Positions 62,321 through 64,000 of a DNA stretch of 64,000 bases are shown here, piece after piece. This DNA is from Mytilus californianus (lineage: Eukaryota). The position numbers and the translations under genes were made by a program. Position 1 is the stretch's first letter. Every line of letters begins with the position of its first letter. Under the pieces are notes generated by a model that saw nothing but the letters and a program-made list of their open reading frames with translations, was not told the DNA's origin and searched no databases. The stretch lies in contig NW_026262604.1 in the NCBI RefSeq assembly GCF_021869535.1, forward strand, positions 1,922,001-1,986,000, given 5' to 3'.

Positions 62321-63664
62321 GAGAGCTGCTATAGATTTCCTGATAATTCCACAGAAAGGATGTCAATCCGAAAGTTTAATATGATAGGAATCCTCTTTTA
62401 GATTCTCAACTGCTGACAACAACTTTGTACAAAACAAAATAATTAAACATCTGGAAAGAGAAAAATCATTTTGTATTAATAGATGTACATTTTCACTAAA
62501 CTTTTCGCTTAAGATATTCTTTTTGTTTGTCAAATGGATATATACGAAAAGCCAGTAGCAGATAGCGTTTGTTCTAAAGACAATCGTTATGTTGACAATC
62601 CTGATTGACAAGGAAAGAAAAATAAAAACACCAAGTATGACAGCGAGAATGTGTATACATTTAGAGTCTGCGAGATCAGAGATTAACTTCAGTTGTTTGT
62701 ACTTTTATCCACTTTTTTCGGGATTTGATGTACTAAGTTTTTATAGTTTCGAAGTGTTCGTAATAAGTTGACAAGCAACTGTAATGAATTGCATGAAAAC
62801 TCTTGAAATCTTCTCGTTTTAAGTTTCGTATTGTCAATTTTTAAAACGTCCTTGATACTTTAACTTTGAATATTTAGTTTTGACAAAAAATAATTGTTCT
62901 AATTAACAATAGTAAATTAACTGAAATAGTGTCTCAAACAAAGTCGATGAAAAATTAAAACGATAAGAAGCTTAAATATCGAACGACATTGAAATACGAA
63001 GTAAGTCGTTGGAAATAAATGCTAACTAGGATATAAAATCTCTACGATGAAGTACAATGCATCATGGTGATGCATGTTAACATAAACGAAATAGAAGATA
63101 AGTTTAGCCTGCGTCACTTGTTTTCTATATCGATTTATGATAATTGAACATCGGTAAATCATAGTTGCATGTGTTTCCATATTATTTTTTTCAACACAAT
63201 CATCAGAAATTGTAAAAACCGAAACCCAATCTTGTCTCATTTAAAAAAATGCATTTGATTAGAAAATTATTTCTAAAGATGAAAGTGTTACAATCAAAAG
63301 TGAAACAAAAAGCGTGTGCTATCTAATAGAGTATATTTGTACTGCAAATTTGATCAATCAGTCTTAAAGTGAACAGCTTGTACTGATAATTCTATTTTTA
63401 AACCTGAAAGTATTGAAAACAAATACTCCCTTAATATTACTTGTAAAGTTTCAAAAGATGTATTCCATAATGGTAGACTCATGTTTTTCTCTCTTTGAAT
63501 CTAACGAGTTTATAAATTTAAAGACAAGAAGAAAAAAAACAGGTTTATACATATATTTGGAAACATTTTCAAAACATAATATATGCGATGAATAATGTAA
63601 TGTGTCAGAGTACAAATATGTGAAAAGATCGCTAAAAAACGGATTGTGCCGGTCTATTTCTTAA

Positions 63665-63830
63665 TGATTGATTGATGTTTAACGCCACTTTCAGAACTAT
63701 TGACTATTTTGTGTCGATCAGTTTTAATTGGTGGAGGACGATGGAGTGCCCGGATGAAACCACTGACCTTTGAGAGGAAAACTGATAATCCTTTTCAATT
63801 AAGATTGAAGCCAAACGCACCTGTCATCTA
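63665..63830 (-). mobile_element. V-domain-type SINE (duplicate of 36241-36428)
   Basis: Colinear sequence at the orthologous position. Confidence 0.6.
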
Positions 63831-64000
63831 CATATATTTCTTTTGTTAAATATTTCATTTCATTATTTGTTGCTTTGTATAGATGTATCAAATGAAACTT
63901 ATTTGTGTGGATAGTTCAGCTCATTGCGGGTATTATTACGCTAAATATATATTAACATACGGAAATGAAAATAAAAAGAAAATAGATAGGAAAGATAATA

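Larger units (their letters stand above)
49180..64000. repeat. segmental tandem duplication, copy 2 (runs off the window end)
   Basis: Colinear with ~13570-36610; differs by independent TE insertions and deletions. Confidence 0.9.

Noticed and set aside
62509-63535. ~1-kb segment present only in copy 2 upstream of the receptor pseudogene
   Set aside because: No TIR, TSD or coding similarity recognised, so it could not be classified.

Overview
AT-rich, intron-containing animal genomic DNA. It is most likely bivalve (mussel-like); this is inferred from the repeat families and gene types, not proven. The window holds two tandem copies of a three-gene block. Copy 1 (~13.6-36.6 kb) has the 3' exons of a 9-exon + strand gene for a Cys-rich protein (2 Ly6/three-finger-like and 2 ShKT domains, 3583-15401), a PKDCC/VLK-like secretory-pathway kinase with an intronless CDS (-), and a two-exon ~1297-aa Cys-rich adhesion/Methuselah-like 7TM receptor (-). 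Copy 2 (~49.2 kb to window end) is decaying. Its ShKT gene has different 5' exons, a frameshift and a SINE in the last exon; its kinase ORF is intact but has a catalytic Asp->His change; its receptor is a pseudogene whose 5' half looks recently homogenised with copy 1. The paralogous copy gives empty sites for several insertions (CACTA, Kolobok-like, MITE, SINE, Penelope-like RT fragments). The most striking non-coding feature is a ~540-bp head-to-tail array at 44.1-46.6 kb inserted in (TA)n. Each full unit carries an intact minimal type I hammerhead ribozyme, and there is an inverted copy plus a dispersed fragment sharing the same terminus: a retrozyme-like, TA-targeting element. All alignments and RNA folds were done by eye.
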